Assembly (NCBI GenBank): GCA_041486305.1
Contig: JBGPLG010000001.1
Span: 5,544 to 69,543 of the forward strand
DNA length: 64,000 nt
DNA from: Gemmatimonadota bacterium
GTDB lineage: Bacteria > Gemmatimonadota > Gemmatimonadetes > Gemmatimonadales > GWC2-71-9
Reading direction: 5' to 3'
Part shown: positions 19,122 through 27,670 of the stretch, piece after piece
How the letters are laid out: each line of letters opens with the position of its first letter
How positions within the stretch are numbered: the stretch's first letter is position 1
The notes under the pieces: model-generated
Told to the model about the DNA's origin: nothing
The model's input: only the letters and a program-made list of their open reading frames with translations
Database searches by the model: none
Position numbers and translations under genes: made by a program

Positions 19122-19137
19122 GGTTTCACGTGAAACG
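19122..19137. other. parS centromere-like site 1 (GGTTTCACGTGAAACG)
   Basis: 14/16 match to the canonical parS TGTTNCACGTGAAACA. The core GTTTCACGTGAAAC is perfect. It lies about 105 bp upstream of parA. Confidence 0.85.
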
Positions 19138-19262
19138 GTACAATTACCTGCGGCTTGGAAGCAAACACAACAATGGTGGACCAGGAATGGGGGAACGCAA
19201 GGATGTTTCTCACACCGAGGGAACCGAGCTCCCGGGGAATCCGCTCACTACCAGGCATTGTC

Positions 19263-19278
19263 GGTTTCACGTGAAACC
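19263..19278. other. parS centromere-like site 2 (GGTTTCACGTGAAACC, perfect palindrome)
   Basis: It has the same 14-bp core as site 1 and lies 141 bp from it, 20 bp from the mnmG stop. Confidence 0.85.
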
Positions 19279-19297
19279 GGCCTTGGTAACCAGGATC

Positions 19298-21151
19298 CTA
19301 TCCTCTGATCTTGAGCACCTCCATGACCAAGTTCTGCAAATCGCTGGGTGAGACGCCCGGGATTCTCCCCGCTTGTCCGAGGCTGGAGGGGCGCTGTCGC
19401 GTCAGCTTCTCTCGGGCCTCGAAGGAGAGGCTCTCCAAGGAATGAAACTCGAGCCATCCAGGGATGCTGAACTCCTCCATCTCCAGCATCTTGCCGGCCA
19501 TATCTCGCTCCCGTTCCATGTATCCACCGTACCGGAGCTCGATGGCGGCCCATTCCTCAGCTCCTCCGGTGGATTCGAATCCCGATGCACCCAGGAGTTG
19601 CTGCAGCTCAACTGCTGGTCGCCGAGCGAGTTCCGCTAGCCGTACGGGCTCCGCGATGGCTGCTGAACCTGCGGCTTCAAGGACCGGGTTGGCGAGTGAA
19701 GGGGGGATGGGGGTCTCCACCGCGAATGTCATGACTGCTTCCTCGGCCGCCATCCTCGATTCCGCTGTGTGCCTTTCCGCCTCCGAGAGCAATCCCAGTC
19801 GCAGGGCGGTCGGGAAGAGGCGCCGAAGTGCGTTGTCCTGGCGGAGGATCAACCGGAACTCCGCGCGGGATGTAAAGAGGCGGTAGGGCTCGTCTACCCC
19901 GCGAGTCACGAGGTCGTCCACAAGCACACCGAGAAATGCTTCATCCCGACGAAAGCGGACTGGGGCCTGGTCCAGAGCGGAGGCGGCCGCGTTCAATCCA
20001 GCCACCACGCCTTGTCCTGCGGCCTCTTCGTACCCCGTCGTACCATTGATCTGCCCCGCGAAATACAGCCCGTCGACACCCCGAACCCTGAGGGTCGGTT
20101 CAAGTTGGGTGGGGGGGAAATAGTCGTACTCAATCGCATAGCCGGGCCGAGTCATTTCGACCTGCTCGAGTCCCGGCACGGAGCGCAGGTACTCGAGTTG
20201 TACGCCGGGCGGGAGGGAGGTGGAAAGGCCGTTGACGTACATCTCCGTGGTGTCGAGCCCTTCCGGTTCGAGAAAGACCTGATGCCGAAGCGCGTCGGGG
20301 AATCGCACGATCTTGTCTTCGATCGAGGGGCAGTACCGGGGCCCGCGTCCGCTGATGGCTCCGCCATACATGGCAGACTCGGACAGGTGTGCGGTGATGA
20401 TGTCCCTGAGGCGCTCATTCGTATGGGTCAGGTAGCAGGGCATTTGGGCAGGATGTTCGGCGCGCTCGTAAAAGGAGAACCAGTAGGGACGCTTCTCTCC
20501 GTCCTGCCGCGCCAGCGAGGCCAGGTTTGCCGTTCGCCCGTCGATCCGCGGGGGCGTTCCGGTCTTGAAGCGTTCGACTGTAACACCAATATTCACAATG
20601 GCTTGCGATATCTCTACGGAAGGGGCTTCACCGGCCCGGCCCGCCGGTACCGGAGTAGCCAGTCCCATGTGGATCTGACCTCTCAGAAACGTGCCGGCGG
20701 TAATCACAATCGAACGAGCCGAGTATCGTCGACCGTCGGTGGTCTCGACACCGGCGATCCGGGTTCCTTCAAAAAAGAACCGCGCCGCCGTTCCCTGGGC
20801 GAACCGGAGGTTCGGCCGTCGCTCGAGGAGCGTGCGCACCGCGCGGCGGTAGAGTCCCCGGTCGCACTGTGATCGGGGTGACCAGACCGCCGGTCCCTTC
20901 GAGCGATTGAGCATGCGGAACTGGATCCGGGCCATGTCGGTCGCTCGCCCCATAATCCCGCCCAGCGCATCGACTTCACGCACCACGGTGCCCTTGGCGA
21001 TGCCCCCAATGGCCGGGTTGCACGACATCTGCCCGATCGTCTCCAGGTGTTGGGTCAGCAAAAGCGTCCGAGCCCCGGACCGCGCGGCCATCGCGCAGGC
21101 CTCGGTGCCGGCGTGCCCTCCCCCAATCACCAGAACATCGTAGCGGTCCAT
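19298..21151 (-). CDS. mnmG: tRNA uridine 5-carboxymethylaminomethyl modification enzyme MnmG (GidA)
   Basis: FAD-binding N-terminus (DVLVIGGGHAGTEA) and full-length GidA similarity. Confidence 0.96.
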   Translation of the reverse strand: MDRYDVLVIGGGHAGTEACAMAARSGARTLLLTQHLETIGQMSCNPAIGGIAKGTVVREVDALGGIMGRATDMARIQFRMLNRSKGPAVWSPRSQCDRGLYRRAVRTLLERRPNLRFAQGTAARFFFEGTRIAGVETTDGRRYSARSIVITAGTFLRGQIHMGLATPVPAGRAGEAPSVEISQAIVNIGVTVERFKTGTPPRIDGRTANLASLARQDGEKRPYWFSFYERAEHPAQMPCYLTHTNERLRDIITAHLSESAMYGGAISGRGPRYCPSIEDKIVRFPDALRHQVFLEPEGLDTTEMYVNGLSTSLPPGVQLEYLRSVPGLEQVEMTRPGYAIEYDYFPPTQLEPTLRVRGVDGLYFAGQINGTTGYEEAAGQGVVAGLNAAASALDQAPVRFRRDEAFLGVLVDDLVTRGVDEPYRLFTSRAEFRLILRQDNALRRLFPTALRLGLLSEAERHTAESRMAAEEAVMTFAVETPIPPSLANPVLEAAGSAAIAEPVRLAELARRPAVELQQLLGASGFESTGGAEEWAAIELRYGGYMERERDMAGKMLEMEEFSIPGWLEFHSLESLSFEAREKLTRQRPSSLGQAGRIPGVSPSDLQNLVMEVLKIRG

Positions 21152-21286
21152 CTTGAGAAACTAAGCCCTCGCGAGCCGAGAATCAGGGTGGGGGGCCGGT
21201 GAGACGGACGGTATGTTCCCGTCGTTAAATGAGGGTACCTCGCGCTGGTCCCATTCACCCGAGAACGGACGACAGGAGTAGCACCC

Positions 21287-21922
21287 ATGGCCATTCGCCT
21301 TGGCGACACCGCCCCCGACTTCACCGCCGATACCACGCAGGGCCCGGTCTCCTTCCACGCCTGGAAGGGGAATTCCTGGGCGGTGCTGTTCAGCCACCCC
21401 AAGGATTTCACCCCGGTCTGCACCACCGAGCTGGGACGCGCGGCCCAGCTCAAACCGGAATTCGAGAAGCGACGCTGCAAGATCATCGGCCTCTCGGTGG
21501 ATCCGGTGTCGTCCCATCAGAAATGGGAGGGAGACATCAGGGACGTGACCGGTCATGCCGTGAATTTCCCCATGATCGGCGATCCCGATCGCGCGGTGGC
21601 CCTGCTGTACGACATGATCCATCCCAACGCCAGCGAGAACTTCACGGTGCGATCGGTCTTCGTGATCGGCCCCGATAACAAGGTGAAGCTCACCATCACC
21701 TATCCCGCCAGCACCGGCCGGAACTTCGATGAGTTGCTCCGGGTCATCGACTCGCTCCAGCTGACCGCCGAGTATTCGGTGGCGACGCCGGTCGACTGGA
21801 AACACGGGGAGGACGTGATCATCGTCCCCGCCGTCTCCGACGAGGACGCGAAAAAGAAATTCCCGAAGGGATTTGTGGCGAAGAAACCGTACTTGAGGGT
21901 GACGCCGCAGCCGAACAGGTAG
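21287..21922 (+). CDS. 1-Cys peroxiredoxin (Prx6 type)
   Basis: FSHPKDFTPVCTTE active site, 211 aa. AGGAG Shine-Dalgarno. Confidence 0.95.
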   Translation: MAIRLGDTAPDFTADTTQGPVSFHAWKGNSWAVLFSHPKDFTPVCTTELGRAAQLKPEFEKRRCKIIGLSVDPVSSHQKWEGDIRDVTGHAVNFPMIGDPDRAVALLYDMIHPNASENFTVRSVFVIGPDNKVKLTITYPASTGRNFDELLRVIDSLQLTAEYSVATPVDWKHGEDVIIVPAVSDEDAKKKFPKGFVAKKPYLRVTPQPNR

Positions 21923-21930
21923 GCCGCTGA

Positions 21931-21999
21931 GGTCGGTAGGTCGGTAGGTCGGTAGGTCGGTACCGGCCTACCGAGCTACCGACCTACCGACCTACCGAC
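21931..21999. terminator. long bidirectional hairpin built from (GGTCGGTA)x4 tandem octamers
   Basis: The left arm (21932-21962) and right arm (21969-21999) pair at 30 of 31 positions around CCGGCC. It lies between the convergent prx and ABC-2 permease genes. Confidence 0.75.
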
Positions 22000-22002
22000 T
22001 CT

Positions 22003-23316
22003 CTACGCCGTCCTGATCCAGCGGAACACCTCGCCAAAACTCGCCTTCTTGCCGTACATGAGGATGCCTACTCGATAGATCCTTCCCGCGAGCCACACGA
22101 CCACCAGAACGCCCAGGATGGTGGTCAGAATGGTGCTCGCGAGCGACAGCGGTGACAGCGGTGAGATGGAATAGCGCATCGGCACCACGAAAGGAGCCAA
22201 TGGTGGCACGTAGCTGAGCGCCCGCGCGGCGGCGCCGTTGGGGTCCCGAATCAGCGCGAAGACCGAGAAGAATCCGGCAATCACCGTCATCATCACCGGC
22301 ATCTGGGCCTGGCCCGCGTCCTGGATGGTATTGCACATAGCGCCGACCGCGGCATAGAGCGCCGCGAAGAACAGAAACCCCAGCGTAAAGAAGATCAAGA
22401 AGACCAGAAACAGATCCGGCTTCATCGACGGGAGCGAGAGCGGAAGCGGCCCGGTGGCGGTGGCACCGAGCGCGCCGAGGATCTGGTCCTTGTAGGTGGA
22501 GAACAGGGTCGCCGCCCCGGTCCAGATGCCGATCTGAAGCAGCGCGACCGCGCCGACTCCGATCACCTTGCCGAGCATCATCTGGAACGGGGTCAGGCTG
22601 GAGGCCAGCACTTCCACAATCCGGCTGGTCTTCTCCTCGACGATCGCGCCCATGATCTGCTGGCCGTAGATCAGCAGCGCGATGTACAGAATGAGGCCCA
22701 TGGCATATGCCAGCAGAAACGTCGCTGCGCCGCTCTCACCGGTCAGCCTTCCGTCGGCCACCTTGGCGGTGACCAGATCGATGCCCTGGACCGATTTCAT
22801 CACTTCGGCGGGATCCACGCCCAGCCGTTGCAAGCGAGTCGCCTGGATTACCGGCCGGATCTCCGTCTCGATCATCCGCATGTCATCGAACGACCCGACA
22901 TTGTTGCCGAGGTAGTGCACTCGCCCCGTCATGATCGAGGAGTCGCTGACCAGCAGCAGGCCGTCGAATCCCGCGGCCTGCTTGTCCGAGAGTCCGGTCA
23001 ACTTGACCAGGGAATCCCGCACGGCGAGCTCGCGGCCCGCCGCCGCGACATGGGTGACCTCGAAGCGTGGCGGCGCCCCGGCGCCCCGACCCCGCCTGGC
23101 TGCCTTGAGGGCGGCCGTCGCCTGGTTCCCGAACTCGGTCGTGCTGCCGTCCACCACTGCGACCCGCTTCACCCCGGTGTCGCGGCTCATCAGGTACCCG
23201 GGCACGATGGCAAGGACCCCGAAGAACACCGGCCCCAGAATCGTGGCAAGGATGAAGGCCCTGGTGCGGACCTTTTCGATGAACTCCCGCCGGATGACCG
23301 CCCAGATTTTATGCAT
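22003..23316 (-). CDS. ABC-2 family transporter permease (NatB-like) with large extracytoplasmic loop
   Basis: Starts at MHKIWAVIRREFIEKVRTRAF (23316). One N-terminal TM helix, a roughly 150-aa loop, and a C-terminal multi-TM bundle. The upstream part of ORF 22003..23598 is an artefact. Confidence 0.8.
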   Translation of the reverse strand: MHKIWAVIRREFIEKVRTRAFILATILGPVFFGVLAIVPGYLMSRDTGVKRVAVVDGSTTEFGNQATAALKAARRGRGAGAPPRFEVTHVAAAGRELAVRDSLVKLTGLSDKQAAGFDGLLLVSDSSIMTGRVHYLGNNVGSFDDMRMIETEIRPVIQATRLQRLGVDPAEVMKSVQGIDLVTAKVADGRLTGESGAATFLLAYAMGLILYIALLIYGQQIMGAIVEEKTSRIVEVLASSLTPFQMMLGKVIGVGAVALLQIGIWTGAATLFSTYKDQILGALGATATGPLPLSLPSMKPDLFLVFLIFFTLGFLFFAALYAAVGAMCNTIQDAGQAQMPVMMTVIAGFFSVFALIRDPNGAAARALSYVPPLAPFVVPMRYSISPLSPLSLASTILTTILGVLVVVWLAGRIYRVGILMYGKKASFGEVFRWIRTA

Positions 23317-24265
23317 GCTGCACCTCGCTGGCTGGCGCGCTGGCGGCATCGGCTCCGACCTTCGCGATGAAAATGGCCTGGAGCGAAGGCTCCACGACCT
23401 CGAAACGGGCGAGCCCCACATCTTCCTGGACCAGCGTCTTGAGCAGCCGGTCGGGGTCGGCGCCGGGGGCGAGCTGCACCTCCGCGGAATCACCATAGTC
23501 GTCGAAGCTGGCCACCAGGGTCCGGTCGGAGAGAATCCGGGTTGCCCGCTCGGAGTTCCGGGTGAACGTGAGTGCAATGTGCCGCCCGCCGAATTCACGC
23601 TTGATCTGCGCCAGGGGTCCGTCCACCAGCTTGTGTCCTCGCGCGATGATCACGATGTGATCGCACATCTTCTCGGCCTGCTCCATGATATGGGTCGAGA
23701 AGAGCACCGTCCTTCCAGCCCGCGCCGCTTCCACCACCACGTCTTTCATCACCTGGGCATTGACCGGGTCCAGCCCGCTGAACGGCTCGTCCAGGATCAG
23801 CAGTTCAGGGTCGTGGAGCAGCGCAGAAATGAATTGGACTTTCTGCTGCATGCCCTTGGACAGGTCCTCGACTTTCTTCTGCGACCAGTCCATGAGTCCG
23901 AGTCGCTCGAGCCAGGTGACGGCGCGGGTCTTGGCGCTCGCCCGCGTGATTCCCTTGGCCTCACCCAGGAAGACCAGGTGGTCCAGCACCCGCATCTTCT
24001 TGTACAGACCACGCTCCTCGGGCAGAAACCCGATCCGTTCCGACAGGTCCCGGCTCGCGGCGACCGAGTCGAACACCGAGATCCGGCCCTCGTCGGGCGT
24101 AATAATGTTCATGATCATGCGGATCGTCGTGCTCTTGCCGGCGCCGTTCGGGCCCAGCAGGCCGAAGATCCCGCCCTTGGGAACGCCGATCGTCAGCCCC
24201 TCTACCGCGGTGTGTCCCGCGAAACGCTTCGTGACACCCTCGACCTTCACAACGCTGCCGTTCAT
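23309..24265 (-). CDS. ABC transporter ATP-binding protein (NatA-like)
   Basis: Walker A GPNGAGKST, signature LSKGMQQK, Walker B LLILDE. Confidence 0.9.
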   Translation of the reverse strand: MNGSVVKVEGVTKRFAGHTAVEGLTIGVPKGGIFGLLGPNGAGKSTTIRMIMNIITPDEGRISVFDSVAASRDLSERIGFLPEERGLYKKMRVLDHLVFLGEAKGITRASAKTRAVTWLERLGLMDWSQKKVEDLSKGMQQKVQFISALLHDPELLILDEPFSGLDPVNAQVMKDVVVEAARAGRTVLFSTHIMEQAEKMCDHIVIIARGHKLVDGPLAQIKREFGGRHIALTFTRNSERATRILSDRTLVASFDDYGDSAEVQLAPGADPDRLLKTLVQEDVGLARFEVVEPSLQAIFIAKVGADAASAPASEVQHA

Positions 24266-24537
24266 GCGGATGCTCCGCGGAGGAGAGGTGTGCGCTGGAC
24301 CGTTCGTACGGAGGAGCCCGGAGGGAGGTTTCGTCTATGCCGGCCCGCGAAGACCCGCAGCCGGCACCCGGTCACCCATTCGGCATATCGCCGGGGGGCT
24401 AGAGACGCCGACCCGAACAGCGCGGCGAACCTGAGGGCCTGGGCCAGAACCCTGGGCACCGTCAGGGGGCCGCCGACCACCGCACTCAGCACCGAGCCCA
24501 AGACGAGGGTGATCACGAAGGCGGACCACCTACGCAT
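24262..24537 (-). CDS. possible small membrane protein (91 aa)
   Basis: The ATG at 24537 is preceded by GGAGG and overlaps the XRE stop. Its own stop overlaps the ABC ATPase start (ATGA). It has an N-terminal TM helix (AFVITLVLGSVLSAVV). I recognise no homologue, so this is a tentative call. Confidence 0.4.
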   Translation of the reverse strand: MRRWSAFVITLVLGSVLSAVVGGPLTVPRVLAQALRFAALFGSASLAPRRYAEWVTGCRLRVFAGRHRRNLPPGSSVRTVQRTPLLRGASA

Positions 24538-24736
24538 CGGGGCCTCCGTTCGCGCTGAAGATGGACTCGATCGGCCGCTCGAACAACCGTGCAATGGCAA
24601 ACGCCAGCGGAAGGCTCGGATCGTACTTCCCCGTCTCGATCGCATTGACGGTCTGACGGGAGACGTTCAGTCGCTGCGCGAGATCGGCCTGGGACCACGC
24701 TCGCTCGGCCCGCAGCACCCGGAGGCGATTGGTCAC
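24530..24736 (-). CDS. small XRE/Cro-C1 family HTH transcriptional regulator (68 aa)
   Basis: LRAERAWSQADLAQRLNVSRQTVNAIETGKYDPSL. The GTG start at 24736 overlaps the upstream stop (GTGA). Confidence 0.85.
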   Translation of the reverse strand: MTNRLRVLRAERAWSQADLAQRLNVSRQTVNAIETGKYDPSLPLAFAIARLFERPIESIFSANGGPDA

Positions 24737-25134
24737 CGGTATCGGCGGCCCACGATTGCCTGGCCCAGCGACCAGCTCACGAACAGCAGCAGCCAGATCC
24801 AGGGCCAGAGGTCCCCGACCGGCGGGTTGGGTACGGCCCCCGTTTCGGCCAGCACTCCATATCCCATCACCGACAGCGCGGTGATCCCGAACTGAAGCAA
24901 GAGTGCCTCGAACTGGATCAGGCGCTGCATCTCGTCCAAGCTCCGAACCCACCTGGCGAGGGCGAAGAAATAGCCCACCATCGGCAGCACCGGCAGCAGG
25001 GCCACGGGCCCGCGCAGGGCGCCCCCGCCAAGATTCCAGCGCTTGAGCAGCGCCTGGACCAGGGCCAGCAGGGCCGAGAGAAGCGCCCAGCCGAGCAACT
25101 GCCAGGTGAATCGATTCGGCTTACAAAGCATCAC
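24733..25134 (-). CDS. small multi-TM membrane protein, partner of the XRE regulator
   Basis: 133 aa with about four TM helices. This gene arrangement commonly precedes roughly 70-aa Cro/C1 regulators. Confidence 0.7.
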   Translation of the reverse strand: MMLCKPNRFTWQLLGWALLSALLALVQALLKRWNLGGGALRGPVALLPVLPMVGYFFALARWVRSLDEMQRLIQFEALLLQFGITALSVMGYGVLAETGAVPNPPVGDLWPWIWLLLFVSWSLGQAIVGRRYR

Positions 25135-25155
25135 GTCTCCGGGAATCGCCCGCAG

Positions 25156-25199
25156 ACAGTAAAGCTTGTTTGACTGATTGTCAAGTGTGCTTGACTACG
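25156..25199 (-). promoter_or_regulatory. putative promoter with overlapping palindromic operators for the XRE operon
   Basis: On the minus strand: TTGACA (25184-25179), 17 bp, TACTGT (25161-25156). Overlapping inverted repeats GTCAAG-N4-CTTGAC and TTGAC-N5-GTCAA are present. Confidence 0.5.
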
Positions 25200-25488
25200 A
25201 GATGGTCGGTTCCCAGTCCATGAGCCGGACAATACGGGTTGCCTGGTCGGCCGGCACTACGAGGTGTCGGAGGTCGGCGCGCACGCCGAATTTGATCTGC
25301 CGCTGAACCCAGGCGGCACGGGGCTGGTCCGAAGCGGCAGGGTCATAGCTGGCGACGTCATGCAGCAGAACCCCGCGCTCGGTCCGCTCGTGGTAGCGGC
25401 CGACCCAGGTCATCCCGGCCGGGCCCTCCACGACGACCGTTACTCCGTGGAGTTCCTCATGGCCCGGGTGAAACACGTGACCGGGCAA
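25195..25488 (-). CDS. hypothetical protein (97 aa), last gene of the suf transcription unit
   Basis: Starts 1 nt after the bacilliredoxin stop. I recognise no family. Confidence 0.6.
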   Translation of the reverse strand: MPGHVFHPGHEELHGVTVVVEGPAGMTWVGRYHERTERGVLLHDVASYDPAASDQPRAAWVQRQIKFGVRADLRHLVVPADQATRIVRLMDWEPTIS

Positions 25489-25489
25489 C

Positions 25490-25933
25490 CTATGCGTCCT
25501 TCGCCGCGCCCTGCGGCAAGCAATGCTTGTCGAATGCGGCTACCAGGTCCGCGGCAATGGCCTGCGGCGGGCGTCCCTCGATCATGTGACGGTGCACGAA
25601 GTACACGACTTCGCCGTCCCGGAGCAGCGCCACTGAGGGTGAGCTGGGCTGGTACTCCGAGAAGTAGCTCCGCGCCCGCGCGGTGGCGTCGAGGTCCTGG
25701 CCGGCGAAGACGGTGTAGAGCTGCTGGGGCTTGATCCCATGGGAAAGCGCGAGCGCCAGCGCGGGGCGGGCCCCGCCGGCGGCGCAACCGCACACCGAAT
25801 TCACGAACACCAGCGCGGTTCCTTCGCCGGGGCCCAGTGCCGCGTCTACCTCGGCGACCGTGCGAAGCTCCTTGACACCGTGCCGGGCGATTTCTTCGCG
25901 CATCGGCTTGACCATCATTTCGTGGTAGGGCAT
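25490..25933 (-). CDS. bacilliredoxin-family protein (YphP/YqiW, DUF1094; CGC redox motif)
   Basis: VFVNSVCGCAAGGARP, TVFAGQD.DAT, PSSPSVALL and HRHMIEG closely parallel B. subtilis BrxA/BrxB. Confidence 0.88.
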   Translation of the reverse strand: MPYHEMMVKPMREEIARHGVKELRTVAEVDAALGPGEGTALVFVNSVCGCAAGGARPALALALSHGIKPQQLYTVFAGQDLDATARARSYFSEYQPSSPSVALLRDGEVVYFVHRHMIEGRPPQAIAADLVAAFDKHCLPQGAAKDA

Positions 25934-25942
25934 TGCAACTCC

Positions 25943-26389
25943 TTAGGTCGGTAAGTCGGTAGGTCGGTCTGTCGACTCCAGCGCCTGCTTCATGGCATGC
26001 CAGCTGAGCGTCGCGCACTTGACCCGAATCGGGAAGGCGCTGACGCCCCGGAAGACCTCCAGCTTCGACGGGAGCGACGGAGGGCCACCGGCCCCGGTCA
26101 CCACCTCGTGGAACTCCTCGAAGAGCGCCCGCGCCTCGCCCACCGTCTTTCCCTTGACCGCCTGTGTCATCATCGAGGCGCTGGCCTTGGATATCGCACA
26201 CCCTTGGCCCAGGAAGGCGGCTTCGGCGATGACGTCGCCCTCCAGCTTGAGCCAGACCTCGAAATGGTCGCCACAGAGCGGATTACGCCCTTCGGCATGA
26301 TTGGTGGCGTTCGGAAGTTTCCGGAAGTTCCTCGGCGCCCGGTTGTGATCGAGGATCACGCTCTGGTAGAGCTCATCCAGCTCGCTCAT
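25943..26389 (-). CDS. sufU: SUF-system Fe-S scaffold/sulfur-transfer protein SufU
   Basis: NPLCGD, GQGCAISKAS and CATLSW motifs. Confidence 0.9.
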   Translation of the reverse strand: MSELDELYQSVILDHNRAPRNFRKLPNATNHAEGRNPLCGDHFEVWLKLEGDVIAEAAFLGQGCAISKASASMMTQAVKGKTVGEARALFEEFHEVVTGAGGPPSLPSKLEVFRGVSAFPIRVKCATLSWHAMKQALESTDRPTDLPT

Positions 26390-27660
26390 CCAAGCACCTT
26401 CCGGGCCTGCTCCAGGCCTGCCACCAGCGCCTCGACTTCGCCGATCGTGTTGTAGGCGCCGAAGGAGGCCCGCAGGGTGGCCGTAACGCCGAAGCGGCGC
26501 ATCAGGGGCTGGGCGCAGTGGTGGCCGGCCCGCACCGCGATGCCCAGGGTGTCGAGCACGGTACCCGCATCGTGCGGATGGATCCCCTCGAGCATGAACG
26601 AGAACACACTCACCCGATCGGCCCCCTCGCCCATGATCCGGACTCCGGGGATCCGTCCGATCAGCCGGGAGGCCTCTGCCACCAGCCCCTGCTCATATCC
26701 GACCAGCGCCTCCCAGTCCCAGGCCATCACGTAGTCGAGCGCGGCGCCCAGACCCACCACCTCGGCGATCGGTGGGGTGCCGGCCTCGAATCGCTCGGGC
26801 GGCGGTGCGTAGGTGCTGCGTTCGATGTAAACCTCGCGGATCATTCCGCCCCCGCCCTGCCAGGGCGGCATCGCCTCGAGCAGCTTGTGCTTGCCGTACA
26901 GAAGCCCGATCCCGGTGGGGCCGTAGAGCTTGTGTCCGGAGCAGACGAAGAAATCGCAGTCGATCGCCTGCACATCCACCCGCAGGTGCGGGGCCGACTG
27001 GGCGCCGTCCACCACCACGACCGCGCCGGCTTCGTGGGCCATCGCGGCAATCGCGTTGATCGGGTTGATCGCACCCATCACATTGGACGCATGGGTAACG
27101 GCCACGATTCGGGTCCGCGGTCCGAGCTGCCGCTCGAACGCGGCCAGGTCGAGTCCCCCCGAGTCCATGACCGGGATCGGACGGACGCTCGCCCCGGTGC
27201 GTTCGGCGACCAGGTGCCACGGGATGATGTTCGAGTGGTGCTCCATCTCGGACACCAGGATCTCATCGCCCGGGCGGAGAACCGATCCGCCATAGCTCTG
27301 TGCGACGAGGTTGAGGCCGGCGGTGGTCCCGGCGGTGAAAATGATCTCGGAGGGAGACTCGGCGGCGAGAAACCGCGCGGCCAGCTGCCGGACCCGCTCG
27401 TACGCGGTCGTGGCCTCCTGGCTCAACGCATGGACCCCGCGATGCACGTTGGCGTTGCCGCGCTCGTAGTAGGCGCTGATCGCGTCGATGACCGCTCTGG
27501 GCTTCTGCGCCGTGGCGGCGCTGTCCAGGTACACCAGCGGCTGGCCCCGCACTCGCCGGGTGAGAATCGGAAAGTCGGCGCGCACCTTGGCCACGTCCCA
27601 CGAGTGGCCCTGACGCCCACTCACCGGTTCCCGGGGCGGCACCGCGGCAACCGGGCTCAT
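26386..27660 (-). CDS. sufS: cysteine desulfurase SufS
   Basis: VRADFPIL..LVYLDSAATAQKP, SGHKLYGPTG (PLP lysine), RAGHHCAQP. The ATG at 27660 is preferred over the TTG at 27696, which would overlap sufD by 26 nt. Confidence 0.9.
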   Translation of the reverse strand: MSPVAAVPPREPVSGRQGHSWDVAKVRADFPILTRRVRGQPLVYLDSAATAQKPRAVIDAISAYYERGNANVHRGVHALSQEATTAYERVRQLAARFLAAESPSEIIFTAGTTAGLNLVAQSYGGSVLRPGDEILVSEMEHHSNIIPWHLVAERTGASVRPIPVMDSGGLDLAAFERQLGPRTRIVAVTHASNVMGAINPINAIAAMAHEAGAVVVVDGAQSAPHLRVDVQAIDCDFFVCSGHKLYGPTGIGLLYGKHKLLEAMPPWQGGGGMIREVYIERSTYAPPPERFEAGTPPIAEVVGLGAALDYVMAWDWEALVGYEQGLVAEASRLIGRIPGVRIMGEGADRVSVFSFMLEGIHPHDAGTVLDTLGIAVRAGHHCAQPLMRRFGVTATLRASFGAYNTIGEVEALVAGLEQARKVLG

Positions 27661-27670
27661 CGCGACGAGG

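Noticed and set aside
21931-21962. Tandem GGTCGGTA octamers, considered as a CRISPR-like or VNTR array.
   Set aside because: The units are 8 nt with no spacers. The array is immediately followed by its own inverted copy, so it is a hairpin, not a CRISPR array. No cas genes are present in the window.
24262-24645. The full 127-aa version of ORF 24262..24645.
   Set aside because: Its 5' third overlaps the well-supported XRE regulator gene in another frame. Only the shorter version starting at the ATG at 24537 (with a GGAGG Shine-Dalgarno) is kept, and at low confidence.
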